Below are positions 1 to 10,945 of a stretch of DNA of 64,000 nt, in pieces; position 1 is the first letter of the stretch, and every line of letters begins with the position of its first letter. The translations under genes were made by a program, and so were the position numbers. Source of the stretch: an uncultured Nitrososphaerales archaeon (GTDB taxonomy: Archaea; Thermoproteota; Nitrososphaeria; Nitrososphaerales; Nitrososphaeraceae); contig CAVQMO010000001.1 in the NCBI GenBank assembly GCA_963713605.1, positions 576,001 through 640,000 on the forward strand, written 5' to 3'. Under the pieces are notes generated by a model. It searched no databases, was not told the DNA's origin, and worked only from the letters and a program-made list of their open reading frames with translations.

Positions 1-1347
1 TTTGCTCCAGAAGGCGTCGTAGTAGTCATATTACTGAATGCGGGAGTTAAATAGGGATATGAAAGCCCAGAATGAGGTTCGAGCCATGAATAAAGATCTG
101 CTAAAACATACTGTGGGATGGGTCCAGATAAAGTCGACATCTGGGGCGAAGGATAGAACAAATGGCCGAGATCCGGATATGTTATCAATGTATGGTCAGG
201 ATGATTTACGTCAGTCAGTCTTTGTTGCAAGAGAAAGGCTTGTTGAACTGGAGTCTGAGAATCATTTTCACCATTAAGCATTAGTATACCCGTAGAGTTA
301 GAGACGTTACCAATCACACTTAGAGGTGGTATTAGATTAGCATATGATTGGAACCAGCGAGGACATTCGAGTTGATTACATTCCAAACTAGTCATATTAG
401 AAGTGTGATTTTCGTATCTCTTCGTCAGTGCAGGCTTATATTGTTCATCAATGCTTATAGAATCATTTGTATCAAAATCCTTTGCCAAGGCACCGGATAT
501 AGCTTCCGTTTCACTTGGCGTTGGATACTTACCGGAAGATAAGAAATTATAAATGTATGAACCAGAATTGAACTTATATAATGAATTTAATAATGTAAGA
601 TCCTTTGCTATTTGCTGAACTGATATCAATCCAGTATGATTTTCATCTACGACTTGATGGGCGTATTCTACTGGCGCGAGTACATCTTGATAATACTCTA
701 AATCTAGGGCATTCATTGTACTTATTCCCATAAGTTACAATATTCTTAACATTTGTCGAGTTGTCGATTGCAACTCTCGGAGCAATGATCGTACCTTCAC
801 TATGACCGACCAGACTTATCCTTTTTGGATCAACTTCAGGTTGCTGCATGAGAACATTCAATGCTTTTTTGCTATCTTCAATTAGATCGTTGATTGTCAT
901 ATTCCCCCAAATACTAGTGTTAATAACTGTGCCACCTTCGCCTATACCTCTCTTATCGTACCTGAGTACAGCAAATCCCCTCTCTGTAAGATACTGAGAT
1001 ATCTGCCAAAATGGTTTAGCATTCTCTGCCTGTGTTTCATTCATATCATTCGTTCCAGACCCATGAATAAGAAGAACACCAGGAAATGGTCCATTACCCA
1101 CAGCTGGAAGTGTTAATTGAGCCCTAGTCTTTACTCCATCACCTAAATCAATAACCATGTTACGATATTTTTTTGTCTCCAAATCTTGTTGAGCAAGGAT
1201 TGTGAAATTATTACCAGACATTGCGAAAGATATAGAATAAAGAGCAACGGCTGCTACAGTACCTATTAACAGCATTCCAAATATTGCTAGACATCTAAGA
1301 CTATAGTTTGACATAGAACAAAAGATATGATGAAAGTATTTAAACAT
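1..1347 (-). CDS. Secreted alpha/beta-hydrolase (serine aminopeptidase S33-like), two apparent frameshifts (~735, ~232), runs off the window start
   Basis: N-terminal hydrophobic segment; LLIHGSG, LRYDKRG, GHSEG nucleophile motif; manual translation after the frameshift continues LMGIS...GENDSQTP...YPDLGH (Asp and His of the triad). Confidence 0.85.
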
Positions 1348-1429
1348 TTATCTATACGATTCATACGTAGTCTTGGAACAGGAACCGATCTAACTCGAAA
1401 TTTTTTTCTCGAATTAAATTTCGTGAATC

Positions 1430-1937
1430 CTAATCGAATATCCTGTATTCAGTCGGCGATACCCCCCGTTTCAATTTGATATGTTGAATTCTCCCATTTT
1501 CATAAGATCTAATTACTTCGTAATTGGGATCATCCTTCGAATCATCGTCCTCTATCAAACTGTAAAAGAAAGGTTTAGCCTCTTCGTTCTGAATAGTATC
1601 TAACTGGTTTATGTGAGGAACTAGGTCTTGATTCAATGAAGTTAATGGAATATTATCTTCTAATAGATAGAATTACCCATCCATGACATAACAATTTACC
1701 ACTTGGCAACAGGGTTAATTCGGTATTGCAGTGAATGCAATATTGTGCCTCTTCCAACTTGCCTTCCTTTGTTATTCTAGGCGAAAGATTATCCCTTACG
1801 ATAACTTGGATCTTGTCTTCTTTCAATTCCTCACGGTCAATCATTCGCCTATCAGCCGGATGAAAGCCTAAGTCAACCCGTTCACTTTCAGCCTTGCGTG
1901 AAAAAGGATAGTTAGATGGTTTATTATGGATCTTCAA
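1430..1937 (-). CDS. Zn-ribbon-containing hypothetical protein, frameshifted (ORFs 1653-1937 and 1430-1636 probably one gene)
   Basis: CIHC...LCHG[C]GNSI read across the indel; frame then continues EDNIPLTSLNQDLVPH into the next ORF. Confidence 0.5.
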
Positions 1938-2495
1938 TTACTTTTCTGAAGGTTTTTCATTTCCGTTTCCCTTTCCCTTTCCCTCTCCCTTGCCCTCTCT
2001 GAATTCCTTGGGGTCAAGCAATAGACCTTTATCAAGTGCCGCTTGCTTTGCGGCGTGCCACCTTTGATAATCTGTTAATCCTGGAATCCTTGAACCATTA
2101 CCGTTGTAATTAATTCCTCTATTAATCGGATAGAATCCCGTCTTATTTGCATCAATCAAATCCTGAATGTCTCCGGCCAGAAAGTCTTCGAACTTTGTAA
2201 CTGTATACTTACGATTGTCCACAAAGAATATTTCCAAACCCGTTGTCATTGCTATGGCCACACTCCAAGGATACGCCTTACATGGTTCGCCAAATCTCTT
2301 CAAGACACCCTTAATATTTTCTGGCGTATCAGCAATGTAATAACGATTCATCTGACCTACAATATGGGAATTAATATTATCTCGAATCAAATTCTGGTTT
2401 AACCCTTGGTATAACATAGCGACCAATGTTAAACTGACATTGATGAATGAAATCGTCATAAATTCCAATGTCTACACTCTCTTAAAAAGGCAACA
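1938..2495 (-). pseudogene. Hypothetical protein, 5'-truncated and frameshifted
   Basis: 176-aa ORF with protein-like C-terminal part and a GKGE/GKGN tail; upstream frame broken and abuts the hydrolase fragment at ~2495. Confidence 0.45.
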
Positions 2496-2496
2496 C

Positions 2497-3263
2497 TAAT
2501 TGGGCACAGTGAAGGTACTAACATACCCCCAAGAGTTGCCGTCGATAACCCAGATAAAGTCAAGAACATAGTCCTAATGTCTCCAGTAGCTGAAAAATGG
2601 CGTGACATGATATATTCCCAGGAAGTTGCATATCCTCTTCGCTATGCTGAAAGTGTATTAGACAAAGCTCATACCGGACAGTTATCAGTGGAGGAGGCAT
2701 CAGGAGATCCTATCTTTCAGGAGTTGGTGGGTGGCAACCTTATACAGCTTCTTCTTACCCAAACCAATTCTACTGATAGTCAGAATGGAACAGCGCAGCA
2801 ACCACTCCCTAAACAAAACAATACCAGTGATGATCTAATTAGTATTGAAGATGAACTTATCTGCACTTGTAACGGCATATGAAAATGATACATCTCCAGA
2901 ACCATCATTGCTGTCAGCCAAATGCATTAACTTCTTTGGCTGCCCCAGCTACGGAAAATCGTTTCTGCTCTGCATAGCGTCATCGGTATGATAGGTAACG
3001 TGTCTTCAAATACCAGTATCCTTATACTCGAAGGAGAGAATGATAGTCAAACCACACCCGGGCAAGCGTTACTACTGCAACAACGACTAACAGAAGTAAA
3101 TCATCCTGATCATCTAATTATTGTCTATCCAGATCTTGGACATGGATTCGTTCCCTCCAATCAATGGGTAACCTCACATGGCCAAATGGAAGAATATGTA
3201 TTTCAGGATATGTTTGAATGGCTCACATCTCCAGCAAGAGAGGTCAATGAACAGGGACGATGA
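2497..3263 (+). pseudogene. 5'-truncated paralogue of the alpha/beta-hydrolase (C-terminal half only, frameshifted)
   Basis: Starts abruptly at LIGHSEGTNIPPRVAVDNPDKVKNIVLM; later GENDSQTTP and YPDLGH, colinear with the gene at 1-1347. Confidence 0.8.
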
Positions 3264-3283
3264 AGAAGTCGAGTTTAAATCCA

Positions 3284-3307
3284 ACTGATTAGTCGACTGA
3301 TTAGTCG
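3284..3307. repeat. 12-bp tandem direct repeat ACTGATTAGTCG x2
   Basis: Read directly from the sequence. Confidence 0.9.
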
Positions 3308-3403
3308 ACGAGTAGAACCATTAATTACACTACCTCTTCCACCAATACTATGTATAAGAGGCTGCAGGAATTTCTAGTATCAAACATCAGGCTCAGGCTC
3401 GGG

Positions 3404-3443
3404 CAACAACAATAACAACGATAACAACGGACAACAACAACAG
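3404..3443. repeat. Imperfect (CAA)n microsatellite in an N/Q-rich ORF remnant
   Basis: caacaacaataacaacgataacaacggacaacaacaacag; plus frame reads NNNNNDNNGQQQQ. Confidence 0.8.
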
Positions 3444-3675
3444 TCAGAAAGTCAAGCACAAAGCCAAAGTCAAAGCGTCTGTATACTCTGCACAACAAAC
3501 TAAGCAACGGGTACATGCATACCGTACACCCCTGACTGGTGGGGGACCGTCCAAAATCTTCTAAATTCGTCCAAGATGTTTTAAAGACAGATTTCAAATG
3601 GATTGTCAGAATAGATTTCAAGATTTGTTAACATGTTCATCGTGTTTTTATATTAGAAAAATGTTGTATAACATT

Positions 3676-3965
3676 GTGTCAAGTCGAAAACTATTCCATT
3701 TCGAGTAACAGAGACCGACTTTCATACACTTACAGAGCTTGCCAAACGTCTCCACCAGATGGGGGAGTTAAAACATGATAATCCTCATATGCTTTCCAAG
3801 GAGTATACTTTTGCTTTTGCCAATATCATAATGAAGATGCATAACTGGGTCCAGACTTCAGACCAGGATGAGGCGGTCTTTGCACTAGCCAGAGGAATGG
3901 CCAGCACGTTAAACCCAGGCCAGCAACAACAGCAACAACAACAAGCAGGAATACCAGGACGGTGA
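3676..3965 (+). CDS. Putative ribbon-helix-helix protein with polyQ tail (1-nt deletion near start)
   Basis: GTG 3676 plus an A-run indel gives MSSRKTIPFRVTETDFHTLTELAKRL... (beta-strand then helix pattern); Q8 tract; AT-rich promoter-like stretch upstream. Confidence 0.5.
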
Positions 3966-4179
3966 ATGTAAATAGTCGAGGCTAATTGGCAAAGGAAGAC
4001 TGAAAAGACTGGATATAATGACAGATACGATGATTGTTCTGGCTCTAGTATTGGTAGTGATGATAGTGGCTCATCTTCAGACGATGACGATAATGTCCAA
4101 TCGCAAGCTGAGCTGGCATTGAATGATTCATAAATAACTATTACGCATAAGAAACATCTTTGAAAAACGGAAGTCAGAA

Positions 4180-4446
4180 ATGAGAAAATCGAAGCAATCT
4201 AGCATAAAACAGGACAAAAAGGGTTTACTGGCCACTGCAGAGAGTAATGCAGTTGTCAAAGAAGGCCAAAGACGACGACAGATGCAAGATGAGCAACAAA
4301 GAAAGGTTAAGGATTTTATGGATAGCATAGAATATCGAGCCAAGATAGATCCTGATTTAGCGGGCATCTTCGATACCCTCCGAGAAATGAATAATAGAAT
4401 CGAAGAAATCTTGAGCCTACTGAAAAAGACAAGGAAGGGGAAATAG
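4180..4446 (+). CDS. Hypothetical coiled-coil protein (possibly the 3' part of a broken gene starting ~3986)
   Basis: ORF track; charged helical composition. Confidence 0.45.
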   Translation: MRKSKQSSIKQDKKGLLATAESNAVVKEGQRRRQMQDEQQRKVKDFMDSIEYRAKIDPDLAGIFDTLREMNNRIEEILSLLKKTRKGK

Positions 4447-5023
4447 CGGTATTCGCTACAACCAGACTAGAATATAGTCACTGAATGGACCGATACCCAT
4501 TGTAATTTAGTTACAGAATGCAGATATTCGCTAAATGGAAGGACGATTTAAGGCCTCCCAACTGATAACTGGACAGATCTAGGCCCATTATTTTCCATCG
4601 AACCCGTGTCAATCTTGTCCCTTTTTATGCATCCTTATAGTTTCCAAGGTTAAAGATTATGAGAATTCAGAAGTGGAATCTTCGCCCTTCGTTTATATAC
4701 ATTGAATTAGCCAGAAACTAGCAGCACTATCCAAGACGTTTAAACTATTATTTGACTATCTTAGACTTCCTGGAAATTTAACTGAGCAGGCCTTTATATT
4801 CATGGAGAACACGGACAGACCCCTCGACGGAGTAGAGAAATGTTCTTGGATTTTGACTTTCAAGCTCAGGGTCAGACAAAAGAACATGCTTCAGGAACAG
4901 TTAAGAACTATTTTGGAGCGGAATAGGGTTTATCTCCATAATTCCTAACTTACTAATCGTTTCTAGTTATGGTCCCTACGTCTCTACAGTTTCTTTAATC
5001 TTGTTCAAGTTTTGATTAAACTT

Positions 5024-5371
5024 TTAGACAAGCGCTTCTAAGTCGTCCAATACTACTTTACCACGAGCCCCAGAGAGTTTGAATACCTTCTCTAAACTAC
5101 TTTGGTATCCTTCTTCCTTCAATTTCTCACGGATGGGGTATGGATACCGACAGGCATCATTTCCATACAATTTTTCCAATTTGATTAAAAGATCGGTTAA
5201 TACAACATCTATTATGAAATCATTCACACTTCCATGGTTGTATTTTTTTGCCATATCTCGTATCCACGACATTTGATATTTCTTAAACTGTAGGCCGTTG
5301 ACAGTTACCAATTCTGGTTCTTTTCTTACCTCTGTCTCCCCCCAATTCATTTTTCGTGCATAGGTTCTCAT
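5024..5371 (-). CDS. Hypothetical protein, possible RHH-like domain
   Basis: LQFKKYQMSWIRDMAKKYNHGSVNDFIIDVV resembles an RHH pattern. Confidence 0.45.
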   Translation of the reverse strand: MRTYARKMNWGETEVRKEPELVTVNGLQFKKYQMSWIRDMAKKYNHGSVNDFIIDVVLTDLLIKLEKLYGNDACRYPYPIREKLKEEGYQSSLEKVFKLSGARGKVVLDDLEALV

Positions 5372-5941
5372 GGTTAGCTAAAAAGGTTCCTATCGCGTTT
5401 CATGAAGTATAGGAAGATTGCAGGATTGATTTGTCACGTAACAGCCACTACTTGTTTCGTTCTTGTTTGACATTTTACCACGTAAGTTGAATCCTTCGAG
5501 GCGAATTGTTTGTTCAACTTTTGTGATGTCTTTATGGAACGCTAGATGACAACAAGGAAGAGGGACATCTTTGATTATATAGTTAGGTCTTCACTTTTTT
5601 TGCCAAAAGTGTTAAGGATATCTATCAGTAAAAAAATCATCCGTGGTGAACTAAAGACCGATCAAGGGAATTTAAGTCACAAATGAAATTTCATACAAAA
5701 TCCGCTTAACCCCGTATTATTCAATTTCTGTAACTCCATAATTGACAATAACCATTTGCATCGCAACATTCTCTCTTCAAAGAGTTAAATTGGCTCATAC
5801 GAACTTGAAGTCATTATAATATTGTAATACAGGACACCGATACTGTAATTAACAAATTCCTGAGGACAATTTTCTTGCCTATTTAAAAGTAATTTTATTG
5901 AGTACTGCTCATATTGTTGATCTCCAAACCTAATTTTATCG

Positions 5942-6166
5942 GTGACTGCATTCCCAACTACAAATCATGGTGAAGAAATCTTAGATCAGGCACAATTGAC
6001 CCGACTTCGTAGTCCAAAACGGTTCAATGAGGAGTGCCGTCATCAATGCACTAGGTGTGCAGTACTATTCAGTTGTGATGATGACTATACCCGATACGAG
6101 ATAGGTTTAAGAAAACTATGTGGAAATCCATTTTATTACGGCAAATGCAGGACTTGCAAGATCTAG
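5942..6166 (+). CDS. Small Cys-rich (Zn-binding) protein
   Basis: CTRC...C...C...CRTC in 74 aa. Confidence 0.55.
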   Translation: MTAFPTTNHGEEILDQAQLTRLRSPKRFNEECRHQCTRCAVLFSCDDDYTRYEIGLRKLCGNPFYYGKCRTCKI

Positions 6167-6629
6167 CATTCACAATCCAAAAATTGAACACCCGCTGACA
6201 ACAGAAAATTGATTAATCGGTTAGGCATGGAACGCTCTTGTAATCTGCGAAGTAATGTCGCTTCAAGATATTGGCTAGGTTGCTTGTTTCGCTTACGTCA
6301 TTAAATTCATTTGTTTTGTTAACTCTTACGCCTAGTGAACCCAGCTCATTTAACCACCATTCATTCTTTTCGTGAAATTCGAGCATAGTAGCCACTAATT
6401 CATTTGACCATAACCACTGAGTGGTTCAGTTTAATAAATATGAGAGTATAAAATAGATTGACACAGATATTAATTCCTGAATTTATTTGAGGGCGGGCGG
6501 ATGCACACCCAAATTTAGCACGCAATAAGAAAATTGCCTTTGAACTTCAATGGATTGGTAATCGAAGAAAGCATGAACTTATTTACGTCTAAATATCCCA
6601 AATAAAGGCTAAGGGCCAAGGAAACTTAG

Positions 6630-8215
6630 ATTAATGTTTCTTTTTTCTTTGTTCGGTTCCTTTCATAACTATTGTCTGACTCAGTTCTTTCAAAATCTGA
6701 CTAAAATAGTATGAGCCACCGGTTCCCTTCCCCGTTGTCCCGGATGCCTTCCAACCACCAAATGATTGACAGCCTACCATCGCTCCAGTCGTAGCACCAG
6801 ACGTTTTATTTACGTATACACTCCTGCCTCAATATCTTGGAGGAAAGTCTCAATCTCTCGTTTGTTACCACTGTAAATGCCAGCTGTCAATCTGTACTCA
6901 GATTTATTGCACTGTTCTAATGTCTCATCAAGTTTAGCGTATTCCGCTATAAATAATATCGAAATGAATAGCTCCTCTTTCAATAGGGGATTGTCCTTTT
7001 GGCACGCCTTCAACGATCATTGGTTCAACAAAAAAACCATATTTTAGATCACCATCCTCCCTGATTTTTCCACCAACCAATACTTTCCCGCAACGAGTGG
7101 CCAGTTTTGAGTATTTCCTATATTTGAAATAAGCACTGGAATTGATAAGGGGACCCATAAAGGTCTCGGCGTCAATTCGATTTCCAACAAACAGTTCATT
7201 TGCCCTTTGGATCAACCGTTCGGTAAAATTTATTTAATATTTCTGTGAACATATACACGAGAGGTTGCACTACATTTTTGACCAGAGTATCCAAATGCTC
7301 CTTGAATTATACCTTCTATTGCGTCATCTAGATTTGCAATTGCTGTGACTACTACTGGATTCATTCCGCCCAATTCTGCAATTACGACCATAGATTTCAA
7401 TTTGTTGGATTCATCTAATATAATGTCACCCACAACTTTAGATCGAGTGAAAGCAATTCCTGCTACCATCCCGCTTTGAACGATGGCATTTCCGACATTA
7501 TTTCCGCTACTAGTTATGAAGTTCAGAGCACCTTCAGGCAATCCTGCCTTTATCATGATTTCAGTAAAGAGATAGCCGACACTGGGGTATCGCTGGCAGG
7601 CTTTAAGACTACTGTATTGCCTGTAATTAAAACTCCGGTACACATTCCGATTGTTAGTGCAGCAGTAAAATCAAAAGGCGAAATTACACCCCAGACTCCA
7701 TATGGCTTCATCACACTCTTACTCCTTTCGCTTAGACGGTCCCTATTTGTATCCGCCTCATAACCTCCGTGTGACATCATTTCACCGGAATAGTATCTTA
7801 TGAAATCGATCGCCCGACATTGCCTCAAATCGATTCTTCCCACTTTCAGATGTTATCCATGCCGATAGTCAAATTTCTTGGCTACGATTCTTCCTGCAGC
7901 AGGAGCAAAAATTTTTACACGCTCTTGATAGTCTGTTTTTCTCCAATTCTCAAATGTCTTAGATGCAGAGGTTATTGCGGAGTTGACATGTTCCAAATTT
8001 CCCCTATGGAAGTATCATAGGACTATTCGAGTGTCCAAGGGGGAAGTATGCTTAAATGACTTTACCGACCTAACTCCCTTGCCACCAATCAACAATGGAT
8101 ATTTCCTACCGAGTTGGGATTTGATATGTTCGATCGCATCGTTATACTTATGAAATATTGACTCCTTATTCGACTTCAATAGCTTCCTGAAAGTATCTAC
8201 GTTCTCAAATCTCAA
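6630..8215 (-). pseudogene. Aldehyde dehydrogenase, 1-pyrroline-5-carboxylate dehydrogenase type (RocA/PutA-C-like), multiply frameshifted; 3' end approximate
   Basis: Fragments KPYGVWGVISPF, TVVLKPAS, ELGGMNP, AFGYSGQKCSATSR, EELF, GATTGAMVG...FGGWKASG spread over about six frame segments. Confidence 0.85.
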
Positions 8216-8880
8216 ATTAAATCTGAACGGCGAGGCATAAAATCATGGAGATGGACTTGGTTATACTGTACATCGCTAAATAAGGTAACTACTAAACTAC
8301 TCGCTTGCAATTACGAACCGCATTGGTAGTGAAGTGTCACAATAAGGATATATAAGTTATTATTATTATTTTTACCCTGGAATCCTCTGAAAGGAATTTT
8401 CAGTTGGTAAAGATTTTTAGTTCTTGTTACCCATATTAGTCAATCTAATCTATTTCCTAGTGCAAAGTATGAATAATTACACGTGTACGATGCTTTGTAT
8501 TCTCTGAATTAATTAATACTATGTATGAAATAAGGAGAAGGTTGTTGCTCATCATGCCGATCAAATCGCCCTGCCTTCTTGCTGTGCCTCTCATGGTTCA
8601 GGCGGTGTTAACCATATCTCGAAGTAACACGAGCAACATCGAAGCTTGTCTGTTCCGAAAAGGTGATTAGGTGCTAAGAGAAAGCGAGCCTATTCTTAGG
8701 ATGAGGAGAGAGCGACAGCTCTAGCTTGTTCCAATGAATTCTTTAACGGCTGCTTTGGAGCTAATATCCAAAAAGATTAACGATTTACTGATCAGTAAAT
8801 AAAGAATATTTAAATGCTCCAGCGCGGAGTATTATCTAACAGGGCGTCATGCAGTGTCACATCAAGTAGCCAATTTGATC

Positions 8881-9150
8881 ATGGTAATTGGAATTGAGTG
8901 GATAATTATTATCGTTGTAATTGTCTTGCTATTTTTTGGAGTGAAGAAGACACATCAACTAGCTGAGATCATTTGGCAAAGCTTCTGCAGAATTCCAGAA
9001 ATCTAAGATAGAAGCAAATAGAGAAAGATCAAACTGATGCCTATAAATTGGAAACTATAGTTGACACACTGGAGATTGATTATAGTAACAAGAATGATGA
9101 AGATCTTAGAGACGCAATTGGCAAGGGAGTAGGAAAAGCCTGTATATGTC
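8881..9150 (+). pseudogene. tatA: TatA/E twin-arginine translocase subunit, frameshifted; 3' end approximate
   Basis: MVIGIEWIIIIVVIVLLFFGVKK..LA then +1 shift to RSFGKASAEFQKSKIEANRE. Confidence 0.75.
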
Positions 9151-9516
9151 CAAAGAACATCAAGTATTGATAAAGGTTGGCATGATTAAACCCATGGAAT
9201 TAGATCCAATTAAGATAAAGAATAAACAGAATAATTGGGACCTACTGAAATAGTTGCAATAGTCAGTTAGATTTACATAATCATACAAATCGTTAAAGCT
9301 TAAACTAGACCAGCATACGGACAGCAGTTCAGATCTAGGGTTTGCCTTTACCATATTATACTTCTTCTTGATATTTTTTTAAAAATAGTGCCACCATTTG
9401 ACTACAAATATCGAACCACCTTAAGATATTTGGAAGTCCACCGACACATAGAATCATGATCGATTTGAGTTAAATGAAACGATAGTTCAATAACGCGTTT
9501 CTAAAGTTGGTATCGA

Positions 9517-9532
9517 GGAAAATATATATAAG
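9517..9532 (+). promoter_or_regulatory. BRE/TATA box of the Lys-rich micropeptide gene
   Basis: GGAAAATATATATAAG ending ~25 nt upstream of ATG 9557. Confidence 0.55.
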
Positions 9533-9556
9533 TACCTACTGATATACCGAAATTAG

Positions 9557-9665
9557 ATGCCGACATCTACAAAAAAGAAAACTGCAGCTCACTCAAAGAG
9601 GAAGAGCACAACTGCAAAAGGGACAAAGGCGAGCAAAGAAAGGTAAGAAATCCAAAAGCAAGTAA
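9557..9665 (+). CDS. Small, highly basic Lys-rich peptide (29 aa as read, 35 aa if a +1 indel at ~9632 is removed)
   Basis: MPTSTKKKTAAHSKRKSTTAKGTKA(AKKGKKSKSK); TATA upstream, T7 tract downstream; below the ORF-track cutoff. Confidence 0.65.
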
Positions 9666-9680
9666 CGTGTGCCAGACAAA

Positions 9681-9690
9681 TCTTTTTTTG
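9681..9690 (+). terminator. Archaeal oligo-T terminator candidate
   Basis: TCTTTTTTTG about 15 nt after the TAA at 9663-9665. Confidence 0.45.
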
Positions 9691-10945
9691 CTTCATGCAA
9701 GGAGTAGAATATTCGTTAGAATATGATACTCTTCTGCAATATTTTTTCAGGCGATGCTAGGTGGTATTAGATTTTACACTATTCGCTAGCTGGCATATGT
9801 CAGCTGGTAATAAAGTTTCATTTAATTTGCTTCCAGTTCGAGTATGTCTGATTTTGGTTGAGAAAAATGTCTTTTATTTAGTTGACCGTAATCCCCGAGT
9901 TCAACTATCAATATGAAAATGGTTTACCACCAATATGTTGTAGCATGACCCAAGAAAAAGTAACCATTAGTTGGTCCTATTTACATCCATCGTTCATGGC
10001 CGTTAACCGGGAATTTTTCCATTACCAAAAAACTTGAATATTCTTCAAACGAATCTCGTGATCCCGTAAACGATAATTCTTGTGCTATTGGATTCTCTGC
10101 AAGCAATCTATTAACAACTTGAATAAGGCAATAAAGAGTCGATAACTGTGTTATTGTAATGCCCGGATACATCATCAAATGGATTATCATATCTTGAAAA
10201 TGTTTTGAATTTTAGATTTGCTTTGTTGTAGGTGCCGAATAGAAAAATCCTTAATTAATTCACCGTAAGCTGATACTCAATTTCTTGCATCCTCGGTTAA
10301 ACTTTTTTTCTGTTTTACGGTTAAAGTAATCCAAATGGATTAGTAGCTTGCAAGATTTTCTCTAGCAAAATCCATCCCAACATAAAATGAAGAAAACGAT
10401 CATATATTGTTCATGGTTCCTTTCGAGGACATAGAGTACTGTTAATCGGTAACAGACGGCCTTGAGTATTTGTAATCTATGGTGTTAACATAGACTTTCG
10501 TCATTTCATACCAAGTTCTTGATTTGGATCAGTATTTAAGCATGATTGATACTAGAATAAAATCTTCATTTGCTCACTATGGTCCCTAAGATTAACCCAC
10601 AGACACATCGACTAGTGGATCCCTAGATTGCGAAATCAAATAGGATTTCTATTTTTGGGTTGACCCTAGTAGCTCGAGTTTCTAATTCTATGGTAGTATG
10701 ATTCCCGAGACGCCGGTTGGTGATTGATTGGGGGAAGTAGCATCACAAAATTGTGGCCGGCTATAATCATATAGGTGGTTCATGAGTCTTAGGACAAAAA
10801 TATTCCACTTTCAATTGAATTATTGCATTGCAGTAGCGAAATAGACAGATTGTATCATGGTCAGTTAAATTTCATAGGCAAGCGTTATTGGAAACAGACT
10901 TACAAGTAATCCTAAAATCTAGGACCCAATTCAGATTGTACACCA

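Noticed and set aside
1..3263. One hydrolase gene split by an invertible segment (phase variation)
   Set aside because: The minus-strand copy already has its own C-terminal half, the copies are diverged paralogues, and no recombinase or terminal inverted repeats were seen
9900..10520. Minus-strand ORF fragments, probably a degraded gene
   Set aside because: Too many stops and shifts; no family recognisable
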